The notes: a model not told the origin generated them from the sequence alone. 64,000 nucleotides of DNA from Gammaproteobacteria bacterium (GCA_965205955.1 OZ242192.1:2376796-2440795), one strand, 5' to 3'. Shown: positions 18,582-27,951, counted from the stretch's first letter. Translations and numbers: made by a program.

Positions 18582-20567
18582 CTAATTCCGATAAGAAACC
18601 TGCCGGTCGAAACAACGCGATCCGGCATCCACGGATTTTTTGCCGTCTGTACCCGCAGACATTCGCTGCGAAATCGGCACGATAGCGCCGTCCATGCGCC
18701 AGTCATAAACACTCGCAAAATAAAACACACGGCGAACATATTTTCGCGTTTCCTTGTAGGGGATTTTTTCGACCCATACATCCGGCGCCTCGCAATCATT
18801 TCCCTGAGAAAGCCAGGTCTTTACCCGATGCGGCCCGGCATTATACGCCGCGGTAGCCAGTACCATATTGCCTTTGAATTTATCCAGCATCATCCGTAAA
18901 TAAGCGCTGCCTATCGGCACATTGGTTTCAGCCTGTCTCAATTTTCCGGTTTTGAAATTCTTCAAACCGATACGCTTCGCCACCATTTTACCCGTTGCCG
19001 GCATGACCTGCATTAAACCCAATGCGCCGGCAGGTGATTTTACATTTTCCATAAACGCACTTTCGGCGCGAACCAGACCAAACATCCAGTTTGAATCGAG
19101 CCCCCTTTTCCCCGCATATTTGCCCAGCAGATCCTCATACAGGATGGGAAAACGCAATACCAGATCATCATAGGCACGAGCCTTGCCCAAGGTCATGATA
19201 ACGCGATCATGCCAGCCCCATTTTGTCGCCAGCATCGCCGCGATCTGCATTTGACGGCTGGTCAATGTATCCAGGCAGTGGAGCCATTCGCGGCTGGCCG
19301 CATTGGGCATATCCAACCGGTAAAACTCATACGCGCGCTGCATTGCCGGAACAGCGGCAATGCGGTCCATTTCGCCGGGATTCAGCGACAATGAAAAATA
19401 ATTCATACTGTACTGCCGCTTGATGCGATCGGCCGCAATAAAGCCATAATAATCCCTTTCAGTCGCCAACTGTGCATAGATCCGCTTCGCCTTTTCAGTG
19501 GCGCCGGTTTCCTCCAATGCCCTGGCATGCCAGTACTTCCAGCGCAATTCGATCTTTTCCGTAGCAGGCTGATCTTCCGTCCAGCGCCTGAGCAAATACC
19601 AATCGGGCACATGCAATGCAGTGCGCAGACGCCAATGAAAAACCTCTTCATCGACCATGCCGTTATCAATGCGGTCCAGCAAAGCGACCGTCATCGGGTG
19701 CTGGTTTGCGGCTGCGCTGACGGCGAGCAACCTATCCAGGCCCGACCGCTCCGCCGGCATAAAGACATACTGTTTCTGCAACGCTTCCCAGCGATCGATT
19801 GCCCTGGAGAGATTTCGCTTGGCCAGCCGCCCAATGCCATGAACCAATATCTCCCGGTTGATGGGCGTATCGCCAAATTTCCCCCTATCCATCACCCTGG
19901 CAGGATCCTTATGTACCGCTATCCATTGTGCCGCCCACTTCCTGTGTTCGGCATCCAGGCGCCTGGCCAGATAATTCGCCAGACCCGGTTGATTATTGCC
20001 CATCGCCAGCCGAATGCGTTGCCAAATCAGTTCATCAGTCATCAAATCGCTTTTATAGAGAAGCTCGAAAGCCGGATCGCACTTAGGCGGCTGCGACTTG
20101 CCCACCAGCCAGAGCGTGCGAATATCTTCCAGCAAATGGTCCTCATCGCCCGTCTCCATTCTTGCCCGAAGCTGGTAGCATTGCAGCACCGCACTCTTCT
20201 GCGGTGTATAGCTGGTCAGAAAACTTTTCCAGCGGCCTCCCCGGGCAAGATGTTTAAGCCAGGTAATACGCAGGCTGTTGGCAACCGGCAAATCATCATG
20301 CCGCTCAAGAAAATTCACCACATCGATTTCCTTCACCTTCCAGAGTCTGGACTTGAGATAGTCATACCGCAAATAGGGATACAGCGGATAATCCTTCAAA
20401 CCGTCGGCCAGACGATTAAATTCTGTAATCTGATTTTTTGCCAATGCCCGTTTCGCCGCAAGGTAGTCCTGGCGCTGCAAAGTACGCGACTCGGCAAAAC
20501 CTGCAGATGGGCCGGCGATGATCGTTACAATGATTAGAAAAATACAGCCCCTTGCTACTCGTTTCAC
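18582..20567 (-). CDS. slt: soluble lytic murein transglycosylase (Slt70 family)
   Basis: Signal peptide, a superhelical N-domain, and the C-terminal catalytic motif GALGLMQVMPATGKMVAKRIG...AYNAGPHRV. Confidence 0.85.
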   Translation of the reverse strand: MKRVARGCIFLIIVTIIAGPSAGFAESRTLQRQDYLAAKRALAKNQITEFNRLADGLKDYPLYPYLRYDYLKSRLWKVKEIDVVNFLERHDDLPVANSLRITWLKHLARGGRWKSFLTSYTPQKSAVLQCYQLRARMETGDEDHLLEDIRTLWLVGKSQPPKCDPAFELLYKSDLMTDELIWQRIRLAMGNNQPGLANYLARRLDAEHRKWAAQWIAVHKDPARVMDRGKFGDTPINREILVHGIGRLAKRNLSRAIDRWEALQKQYVFMPAERSGLDRLLAVSAAANQHPMTVALLDRIDNGMVDEEVFHWRLRTALHVPDWYLLRRWTEDQPATEKIELRWKYWHARALEETGATEKAKRIYAQLATERDYYGFIAADRIKRQYSMNYFSLSLNPGEMDRIAAVPAMQRAYEFYRLDMPNAASREWLHCLDTLTSRQMQIAAMLATKWGWHDRVIMTLGKARAYDDLVLRFPILYEDLLGKYAGKRGLDSNWMFGLVRAESAFMENVKSPAGALGLMQVMPATGKMVAKRIGLKNFKTGKLRQAETNVPIGSAYLRMMLDKFKGNMVLATAAYNAGPHRVKTWLSQGNDCEAPDVWVEKIPYKETRKYVRRVFYFASVYDWRMDGAIVPISQRMSAGTDGKKSVDAGSRCFDRQVSYRN

Positions 20568-20660
20568 TAATTGCTCCCGGAAAATGTTTGAATCAACTAT
20601 TAATTTAATACTTTAATAATTTTTCTTATTTGTATCAAATTATTTAATTTTCTCCATTAA

Positions 20661-20843
20661 TATCACGGCATCTTATACTTGAAATCATCAAAAAATGAAG
20701 CCAAACAAGCCTTTTATAAAAAAGTGGTTGAAAATTTATCCAGAGATCCCGGGATCAAACCTGAAAATATCTTTATTCCCATCACAGAAAATCACGACGT
20801 TGACTTTTCCTTTAAGGACGGAATAGCTCAATTTGTGGTCTAA
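20661..20843 (+). pseudogene. orphan C-terminal fragment of a tautomerase-family protein, with no ATG start
   Basis: The frame reads ...EAKQAFYKKVVENLSRDPGIKPENIFIPITENHDVDFSFKDGIAQFVV*. Immediately upstream, an in-frame TAA lies at 20658-20660 and there is no Met. Confidence 0.3.
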
Positions 20844-20922
20844 AAAATCGAGATAACAATACGCGCCACCGCCCGCAGACAGGCGCATTATACCCCGACG
20901 CGATTGGCTTGACAAATCAAAA

Positions 20923-21013
20923 GGAGCACAGGCATTCCTGCCTGTGTTTTTTTTCGCGGGCAGGAATGCCCACGCTCCTGTGTTTTTTTCGCGGGCAGGA
21001 ATGCCCACGCTCC
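20923..21013 (+). terminator. long imperfect hairpin plus T-run, then a second direct copy of the 35-bp right arm
   Basis: GGAGCACAGGCATTCCTGCC (20923-20942) pairs with GGCAGGAATGCCCACGCTCC (20959-20978) and is followed by tgtgttttttt. The unit tgtgtttttttcgcgggcaggaatgcccacgctcc is present twice (20943-20978 and 20979-21013). Confidence 0.45.
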
Positions 21014-21035
21014 GGTTGCCGACGCGGATTGATCG

Positions 21036-21648
21036 CGGCATATAATGGGATATATATGGTTATATTGGCATATAAATTGTTATAAATTACTATAAACTTT
21101 GAGACAGACATCATGGAAAACCCGTCAAGGCGGTCAGCGCACGGCATATAATGGGCTATATATAGTTATATTGGCATATAAATTGTTATAAATTACTATA
21201 AACTTTGAGACAGACATCATGGAAAACCCGTCAAGGCAGTCAGCGCACGGCATATAATGGGCTATATATGGTTATATTGGCATATAAATTGTTATAAATT
21301 ACTATAAACTTTGAGACAGACGTCATGGAAAACCCGTCAAGGCGGTCAGTGCGCGGCATATAATGGGATATATATGGTTATATTGGCATATAAATTGTTA
21401 TAAATTACTATAAACCTTGAGACAGACATCATAGAAAACCCGTCAAGGCGGTCAGTACGCGGCATATAATGGGATATATATGGTTATATTGGCATATAAA
21501 TTGTTATAAATTACTATAAACTTTGAGACAGACATCATGGAAAACCCGTCAAGGCGGTCAGCGCACGGCATATAATGGGCTATATATGGTTATATTCATG
21601 TATAAATTACTATAAGTACACAAGATGGAAGTCATGGAAAACCCCTTT
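21036..21648. repeat. tandem repeat of five complete 106-bp units plus a partial sixth, carrying the promoter, RBS and first codons of the downstream ATPase gene
   Basis: Units start at 21036, 21142, 21248, 21354, 21460 and 21566. Each unit contains cggcaTATAATggg, TTGGCA-N17-TACTAT and gacatcATGGAAAACCCGtcaagg...taa. That last element is a 12-codon mini-ORF, MENPSRRSAHGI*. The sixth unit has a roughly 10-bp deletion and runs into the real gene start, atggaagtcATGGAAAACCCC. In the fifth unit the mini-ORF ATG is mutated to ATA. Confidence 0.9.
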
Positions 21649-22800
21649 TCTCCGGGGGCGGGAACGTCTCCTCCCGAACTTGTCGGGCGGGAGGAGGCTT
21701 TGGAGCAGGCTCGCATTCTGTTTGGCAGGGTCAAACTTGGGCGTTCTGGAAAGAGCATGCTGCTTACCGGCTTGCGCGGTGTCGGTAAAACCGTTCTGTT
21801 GAACCGGATGGAAAAAATGTCTCAGTCCGAAGGATATCGGTCCATTAATATCGAGGCGTCCGAAGACAAGCCGCTTGCTTCCCTGCTGGTTCCCTCTTTG
21901 CGGAAACTGCTTTTTGACTTGGACAGGATGGAGGGCGCGGGCAAAAAAGTCCGCCGCGCTCTGGCGGTTTTGCTGGGTTTTGTCGGCGCCGTCAAAGTGT
22001 CTGTAGGGGATTTGAGTATCGGTCTGGAGCTGGAACCGGAACGCGGAACGGCGGATAGTGGGGATATGGAGGTCGATTTGCCGGACTTGTTCACGGTTAT
22101 TGCCGAAGCCGCGCAGGAAAGAGGAACGGCAGTCGCCATTCTTATTGATGAAGTGCAATACTTGGAGAAATCCGAGTTTGGCGCTCTTATAATGGCGATG
22201 CACAAGATGCAGCAGCGTCAGTTGCCACTGGTTCTTATCGGCGCCGGTCTACCTGTTTTGCCGGGTCTTGCGGGCAATATAAGATCGTATGCGGAACGGC
22301 TATTCGATTTTCCGCAGGTGGGCGCTTTGTCCGAGGAAGACGCCGATATGGCTTTGCAGAAGCCGGTTCAGGAAAAAGGAGTCAGTTTTGAATCCGCCGC
22401 TTTAAGGGAGATTTTTAGATGGGCGCGCGGATACCCTTATTTCATTCAGGAGTGGGGCCATCAAGTGTGGAATCAGGCCGAGGTTTCGCCGATCACGCTG
22501 GCCGTCGTGCAGGCGGCCTCACAAACCGTAACCCTCCGTCTTGACAAGAATTTTTTCCGTGTCCGGTTTGACCGACTGACTCCAAGAGAAAAAGAGTTTC
22601 TGCGGGCGATGGCTGAGGTTGAGGGCGACAACAAGCGCACCAATGATGTTGCGTCTTTCCTGGGATTGCCGATTACAAGGGTGGGGCCCGCACGCGCAAA
22701 CCTGATTAACAAGGGCATGATATACAGCCCGTCACACGGGTATCTGGCTTTTACCGTGCCGTTGTTTGGCGAGTTTATGCGGCGGGCGATGCCGGATTGA
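21625..22800 (+). CDS. AAA+ ATPase of the archaeal-type ATPase family (PF01637-like) with a C-terminal winged-helix domain (DUF234-like)
   Basis: FSPGAGTSPPELVGREEALEQARILF; Walker A LTGLRGVGKT; Walker B AILIDEVQYLE; C-terminal RLTPREKEFLRAMAEVEG. An alternative start is at 21634. Confidence 0.7.
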   Translation: MEVMENPFSPGAGTSPPELVGREEALEQARILFGRVKLGRSGKSMLLTGLRGVGKTVLLNRMEKMSQSEGYRSINIEASEDKPLASLLVPSLRKLLFDLDRMEGAGKKVRRALAVLLGFVGAVKVSVGDLSIGLELEPERGTADSGDMEVDLPDLFTVIAEAAQERGTAVAILIDEVQYLEKSEFGALIMAMHKMQQRQLPLVLIGAGLPVLPGLAGNIRSYAERLFDFPQVGALSEEDADMALQKPVQEKGVSFESAALREIFRWARGYPYFIQEWGHQVWNQAEVSPITLAVVQAASQTVTLRLDKNFFRVRFDRLTPREKEFLRAMAEVEGDNKRTNDVASFLGLPITRVGPARANLINKGMIYSPSHGYLAFTVPLFGEFMRRAMPD

Positions 22801-22827
22801 ATGCCATAGGCCCGAACACACATTCCC

Positions 22828-25800
22828 TCACACCGCCGCCCACGCATCCGCCATCAATTCCGCCTGTTCCAGCACCCTGTCGGCTGCCAGTTTCTGCTCA
22901 TCGGGCGGATAGCCGTATTTTTTCAGCAGCCGTTTAACGACGGTTCTCAGCTTTGCCCGTGCGCTCTCTTTTATCGTCCAGTCAATTGAGGTGTTCTTTT
23001 TCACGCTCTCGGCAAGGGTTTGCGCAAGCGCCCGCAAAGTGTCATCGGTCATCACTTCTTTTGCGCTCGCATTCATCGCCAGCGCGTCATAAAACGCGAC
23101 TTCATCCTCGGACAGCCCCATATCAACCGCCCGTTCATCGGCCGTTCTGATCTCTTTGGCCATCAGGATCAACTCCTCGATCACCTGCGCCGCCGTCAGC
23201 AGATTGTTTTTGTATCTCCGGATCGCATCCTCGAGCATCTCGGAAAACCTTCTGCTTTGCGCGAGGTTCTTTCGCGTTCGGGTCTGTATCTCATCGGCGA
23301 GGATTTTTTTGAGCAGTTCCAGCGCGAGGTTTTTGCGCTGCATTCCGCGTATCTCCTCGAGGAAATCATCGGACAGGATCGATATGTCGGGCTTTTTGAT
23401 TCCGGCCGCGTCAAAAATATCAATCACGCCGTCCACCACCACCGCCCGGTCAACGATCTGCCGGATTGCGCTTTCCATCTCCGCCCCGCTTACGCCGCTG
23501 CCGTCCCGTTCAAATTTTGTCAGCCGCGCCTTTACCGCCTGAAAAAATCCGACCTCCGCCTTTATCCCCATCGCACGCGGATCGGGAACCGAAAGCGCAA
23601 ACGCCTTCGACAGCAGCACGACCTCACGGGTAAACCTTTCCTTACCGTCCTCAAGACCGAGAATATATTCCTCGGCCTCCAGAATCAGCCTCATCTTTTC
23701 TCCGGCTTTGGCATCGGCGCGGAAGTATTGCCTGTAATCAAACCTGCCAAACATGGCGGCGACCACATCGTATTTTTCCAGCATCTTCGTAACCGCTGTT
23801 TCCTGCTCAAACGCCGGCGTTCCGCCGCCACCGTTTTTCGTGTATGCGCCCAGCGCCCGCTTCAAATCCGAGGCGATGCCAATATAGTCAACCACCAGTC
23901 CGCCGGGCTTGTCCTTGTAAACCCGGTTCACGCGGGCGATTGCCTGCATCAGGTTGTGTCCGCTCATGATCTTGTCAACATAGATGGCGCCCAGACACGG
24001 CGCATCAAAACCCGTCAGCCACATATCGCGCACAATCACCAGTTGCAACGGATCGGTCGGATCCTTGAATCGTTCCCCGAGCGCTTTCCGCTCCGACTTC
24101 GTGGTCGCGTGTTTGTGCCACTCGGCGGGGTCGCTCGAGGATGAGGTCATCACCACCTTTATTGCGCCCTTGTCTTTATCGTCATCGTGCCATTGCGGAC
24201 GCAGGGCGGTTATCTCAGCATACATCTCCACCGCAATGCGGCGGCTCGTGGCGACTATCATCGCCTTGCCTTCAAAGGCTTCCCGCCTGGTTTCAACGTG
24301 GCGCACAATATCCGCCACAACGGTTTTGATGCGGTCCTTGTGCCCGATAATCGCTTCCTGTTTCGTCCATTTGGCCTTGGCTTTTTCGATTGCGGTCGCC
24401 TCCTCGCTTTCGGTTATCTGCTCGATCTCGGCGTCCAGTTCTTCCTTCTCTTCCTGTTTGAGATGCACTTCGACAAGACGCGACTCATAGTAGATGGCCA
24501 CGGTCGCCTTGTCTGTAACCGCCTGCTCGATGTCGTAGACATCTATGTAGTTGCCGAAAACCGCCGGCGTTGAGATGTCTTCTTTCTCAATAGGAGTTCC
24601 GGTAAATCCGATGAAAGAAGATTCGGGAAGGGCATCTCTCAGGTATTTGGCAAAACCGTATTTTGTCCTCACCCCGTCTTTGACAAAATGGGTTTTTGCC
24701 CCGAATCCGTACTGGCTGCGATGCGCTTCGTCGGCGATGACAACGATATTCTTTCTATCCGATAGCAGTTCAAAATTTTCATTTCCTTCTTCAGGTGAAA
24801 ACTTCTGAATGGTCGAAAACACGATGCCGCCGCCCGCCGTTTTCAAAAGCCGCTTCAAATGCTCGCGGCTTTCCGCCTGCTTCGGCTCCTGGCGCAGCAG
24901 ATTTCTGCCCGCCGCAAAGGCCCCGAACAGCTGATCATCGAGATCGTTGCGGTCGGTAATCACAACGATGGTAGGGTTTTCCATTTCCCGATTGACAACC
25001 AGCAGTCCGGCATAAAAAACCATCGCAAGCGATTTTCCGCTGCCCTGCGTGTGCCACACAACGCCCGCCTTGCGGTCTCCTTTCGGCTGATCTTTGACGC
25101 CGGGCAGTCCGTATTTTTGCGGATCTTCCTCTACGGGCAAGCTGACCCTCTTTCCCCCGTGGGATGCTCTTATTGTGGATTCAACCGCTTTTTTAACCGC
25201 ATGGTATTGATGATAGGCGGCGATTTTCTTGATAGTGATGACTTTCGTCATGCTACCACCCTCTCTTCCGTCTCTCCCAGAGGGAGAGAAACTTTTTTGA
25301 GGCAGGGTGTTTTCAATTTTTTGGAGGACTTCCTGTATATTGTTCAGCAGGTCTTTGTTTTTAAATCGCAGGACGGTATTTCCGAGACTTTTCAGAAATT
25401 TGTCTCTTTTTGCGTCTTCTTGTGTCTCCGTATTGTGGACTTCACCGTCAAGTTCAATGATCAGTTTTTCGGAGTGGCAATAAAAGTCGGCGATATAATG
25501 CCCTATTTGGTGCTGTCTCCTGAATTTCAATCCGTTAAACCTTTTATTTCTAAGCAACTCCCAAAAAATTTCTTCCGTTTCGGTCTGCTTTTCCCGTAAC
25601 TCCTTCACCCGCTCAATCATCCCCGCAAACCGCATCCCCGCCCGATAATGCCCCTCCTCACTCTCCCCACCATTCCCAATCCCCCTCCTCTCCCTCTGGG
25701 AGAGGCCGGGAGAGGGTATCAACGGAGTTGATTCAGCAGGAATCAACTCCGTTGATTTCTCAAACACGGTAAAGTGCCGGATCAAATCAATCAGCACATT

Positions 25801-26514
25801 CGGGCGCAGCATTCCCCTGATAACAGTTTCAAGCCAGGGCGTTGTCGCAGGGTCTTCCCTTTCACCGTCCACGGTTTTCCAGGCCATAAAGCGGTTCCAG
25901 CCCGCCGTCAGTGAACCGGCCCTGGCATCGAGTCCGTCCGAGGCCACGAGCACACCGTTATAGCAGAACAGACTCGGTATCGTTTCTTTGTAGTTTTGCA
26001 GTTGATCGAACGCCTTTTGAACGGTTGCCTGTTCATCGGTCGGGTTTTTCAATTCAATCACCGCCATCGGCAGGCCGTTTATGAACACGACAACATCGGG
26101 GCGCTTGGTGGTGTTGTTTTCGGTAACCGTGAACTGATTGCAGACTGCAAGGTTGTTGTTGTGCGGATTTTTAAAGTCAATCAGCCGGACTCTCGCGCCG
26201 ACCGTTTCGCCGTCCTTTTGGTACTCTTCGGCGACACCTTCGACCAGCATTCGATAGAACTCCTGATTGCTTGCAATCAGGTTGTGACCGGAAAGGGAAA
26301 GCACCTGCCGTATCGCCTGCTGCCGCACACCGTTTGGAACCTTCGGATTAAGATTGTCAATCGCGGTTTTGAGGCGGTTGCGCAAAACCACATCGGCAAC
26401 GCCGTCTCTTTCGGTTTCCTGTTGTTCGGGGGGAATGTAGGCGTAACCCTGCTTTTCAAGCAGTTCTACCGCAAACTTTTCCACGTCCGATTCGTAGAGA
26501 GCGGTCATGTGCAA
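22828..26514 (-). CDS. hsdR: type I restriction enzyme R subunit HsdR, with a roughly 165-aa in-frame DUF559 insertion
   Basis: 1228 aa. The N-terminal nuclease/HsdR-N region runs ...LIDLIRHFTVFE. The SF2 motor has the AAYHQYHAV, GSGKS and DEAH-like motifs, and a C-terminal helical domain follows. Between aa 255 and 422 lies FWELLRNKRFNGLKFRRQHQIGHYIADFYCHSEKLIIELDGEVHNTETQEDAKRDKFLKSLGNTVLRFKNKDLL, a complete DUF559 (Vsr-like endonuclease fold) module. Confidence 0.9.
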   Translation of the reverse strand: MHMTALYESDVEKFAVELLEKQGYAYIPPEQQETERDGVADVVLRNRLKTAIDNLNPKVPNGVRQQAIRQVLSLSGHNLIASNQEFYRMLVEGVAEEYQKDGETVGARVRLIDFKNPHNNNLAVCNQFTVTENNTTKRPDVVVFINGLPMAVIELKNPTDEQATVQKAFDQLQNYKETIPSLFCYNGVLVASDGLDARAGSLTAGWNRFMAWKTVDGEREDPATTPWLETVIRGMLRPNVLIDLIRHFTVFEKSTELIPAESTPLIPSPGLSQRERRGIGNGGESEEGHYRAGMRFAGMIERVKELREKQTETEEIFWELLRNKRFNGLKFRRQHQIGHYIADFYCHSEKLIIELDGEVHNTETQEDAKRDKFLKSLGNTVLRFKNKDLLNNIQEVLQKIENTLPQKSFSPSGRDGREGGSMTKVITIKKIAAYHQYHAVKKAVESTIRASHGGKRVSLPVEEDPQKYGLPGVKDQPKGDRKAGVVWHTQGSGKSLAMVFYAGLLVVNREMENPTIVVITDRNDLDDQLFGAFAAGRNLLRQEPKQAESREHLKRLLKTAGGGIVFSTIQKFSPEEGNENFELLSDRKNIVVIADEAHRSQYGFGAKTHFVKDGVRTKYGFAKYLRDALPESSFIGFTGTPIEKEDISTPAVFGNYIDVYDIEQAVTDKATVAIYYESRLVEVHLKQEEKEELDAEIEQITESEEATAIEKAKAKWTKQEAIIGHKDRIKTVVADIVRHVETRREAFEGKAMIVATSRRIAVEMYAEITALRPQWHDDDKDKGAIKVVMTSSSSDPAEWHKHATTKSERKALGERFKDPTDPLQLVIVRDMWLTGFDAPCLGAIYVDKIMSGHNLMQAIARVNRVYKDKPGGLVVDYIGIASDLKRALGAYTKNGGGGTPAFEQETAVTKMLEKYDVVAAMFGRFDYRQYFRADAKAGEKMRLILEAEEYILGLEDGKERFTREVVLLSKAFALSVPDPRAMGIKAEVGFFQAVKARLTKFERDGSGVSGAEMESAIRQIVDRAVVVDGVIDIFDAAGIKKPDISILSDDFLEEIRGMQRKNLALELLKKILADEIQTRTRKNLAQSRRFSEMLEDAIRRYKNNLLTAAQVIEELILMAKEIRTADERAVDMGLSEDEVAFYDALAMNASAKEVMTDDTLRALAQTLAESVKKNTSIDWTIKESARAKLRTVVKRLLKKYGYPPDEQKLAADRVLEQAELMADAWAAV
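25252..25756 (-). mobile_element. in-frame DUF559 endonuclease-like module inside hsdR, bounded by inverted 19-bp hairpin elements
   Basis: Hairpin A (25271-25289) is tctctccc-aga-gggagaga. Hairpin B (25687-25705) is cctctccc-tct-gggagagg, roughly the reverse complement of A. An adjacent 16-bp perfect hairpin, ATCAACGGAGTTGATT-cagcagg-AATCAACTCCGTTGAT, lies at 25718-25756. The DUF559 coding sequence lies between A and B. Confidence 0.45.
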
Positions 26515-27749
26515 TTTTCCCAGAGCGACTTCACCGGCAGCGCATACAGGTTTTCGCCGAAACTCAACACGCTGTCACCGCAATACAGCAACGCGCCGCC
26601 GGCAAAACGCGCGCCCGTCGCGTCTTTGAGTTTGCGCAGCCCTTTGAAGTCCGCGCTCGTTACCGTGCCGGACGCCTTTACTTCTACACACGCCAAAGCG
26701 GTTGCGCCCCGTTGTATGACAATATCGACTTCGCTTCCGGCCCGGTCTCTGAAATGATAAAACGTATGGCGTTGACTATGTGCGCTCGCCTGTCGCCGCA
26801 GTTCCTGCAAAACAAATGTTTCCAGAATATGGCCGAACAATGACCGGTTGCCCGACAGGGTGGCTCGATTCAGGTTGAGCAAGGCGCAGATTACTCCCGT
26901 ATCGCCGAGGTGTATCTTTGGCGTTTTGACCAGCCGTTTCATGTAATTGCCGTGCCATGCGGGCGTTCTCTCCAGCAGAAACATCTTCTCGAGCAAGATC
27001 AGGTAACTGCGAATTGTCAGCCGGCTCAGTTGGAATGAAGACGCCAGACGGTTCACATTCAGAAGCTGTGCGGTGTGCGCCGCCGCCAGTTCGAGCAATC
27101 GAGGCAGGGTTTCAAGAGAATGAATCTCCGCAATCATCGGCGCATCTCTTTCAACCAGGGTTTCAATGTAGGTCTGATACCAGTTTGCCCGCCGTGCTGC
27201 CGAGCGTTGCAGCGCCGCCGGATAACCGCCCGCCACAACCCGGTCGATAATCTGCTCACCGCCCGGCGCGTCCTGGCGAATAGTGAAATTCGGAGCAAAC
27301 ATCGAATCCAGCAAGGTCGGCGGGGTTTGTTCAAGCTCGCTCTGTGAAAAAGGATGCAGCCTTATGATATCCGTCCGACCGGCAAGCGATTCTTTTATCC
27401 GCACCATTTGCAGCAGGTTCACCGAACCGGTCAATATAAAACGCCCCGCTTCACGGTTGCGGTCAACCGACAGCTTGATTGCGGGAAACAGCCCGGGGGC
27501 CAACTGCGCCTCATCCAAAATGACCCGTTCCGGCAGGGTGTTGACAAACCCGGCCGGGTCTTCCACGGCGTAACTGCGCGTGCTTTCATCATCGAGGGTG
27601 AAGTATTCGTAGCCCGCCGGCTTGCCAATCATCCGGGCAAATGTGGTCTTGCCGCACTGACGCGGCCCCTGTATCAGCACAACGGGGGAATCCTGCAATG
27701 CTTCCTGCAAGCGTGGGGCGGCATGGCGGGGGTAGATGGTGTTGTCCAT
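26505..27749 (-). CDS. AAA ATPase with a C-terminal DUF4143 domain (ATP-binding protein common in defence islands)
   Basis: Walker A VLIQGPRQCGKTTFARMIG; Walker B RVILDEAQ; 414 aa. The gene overlaps the hsdR start, suggesting an operon. Confidence 0.75.
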   Translation of the reverse strand: MDNTIYPRHAAPRLQEALQDSPVVLIQGPRQCGKTTFARMIGKPAGYEYFTLDDESTRSYAVEDPAGFVNTLPERVILDEAQLAPGLFPAIKLSVDRNREAGRFILTGSVNLLQMVRIKESLAGRTDIIRLHPFSQSELEQTPPTLLDSMFAPNFTIRQDAPGGEQIIDRVVAGGYPAALQRSAARRANWYQTYIETLVERDAPMIAEIHSLETLPRLLELAAAHTAQLLNVNRLASSFQLSRLTIRSYLILLEKMFLLERTPAWHGNYMKRLVKTPKIHLGDTGVICALLNLNRATLSGNRSLFGHILETFVLQELRRQASAHSQRHTFYHFRDRAGSEVDIVIQRGATALACVEVKASGTVTSADFKGLRKLKDATGARFAGGALLYCGDSVLSFGENLYALPVKSLWENCT

Positions 27750-27754
27750 GGCGT

Positions 27755-27892
27755 GGCTGATTGTTAGTCAAGTATGCGGCTAATTGTTAGTTTAGGGTAT
27801 GGCTGATTGTTAGTGTGGAGTGCGGCTGATTGTTAGTCAAGTATACGGCCAATTGCAAGCTCAGGGGGTGGATGATTGCAAGATCAGGGGGG
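27755..27892. repeat. six tandem 23-bp repeats in the promoter/5' region of the DUF4143-ATPase and hsdR operon
   Basis: The units are GGCTGATTGTTAGTCAAGTATGC, GGCTAATTGTTAGTTTAGGGTAT, GGCTGATTGTTAGTGTGGAGTGC, GGCTGATTGTTAGTCAAGTATAC, GGCCAATTGCAAGCTCAGGGGGT and GGATGATTGCAAGATCAGGGGGG. They begin 6 bp upstream of the ATG at 27749. On the minus strand each unit carries a TTGACT (-35-like) element. Confidence 0.7.
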
Positions 27893-27951
27893 CTTTCTAT
27901 CTTTGGGTCGTTCTACTGCGAGTTCTTCAACATCGGATTCGTGGCGGGCAG

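Noticed and set aside
20736-21802. Short ORFs on both strands across the 35-bp and 106-bp repeat region
   Set aside because: They are generated by the tandem repeats; only the 12-codon mini-ORFs are noted, as a feature of the repeat.
23020-24144. 374-aa plus-strand ORF antisense within hsdR, and similar long antisense ORFs inside cas9, slt (19527-20537), addA and addB
   Set aside because: They are fully embedded antisense to strongly supported genes in GC-rich sequence and have no independent motifs.
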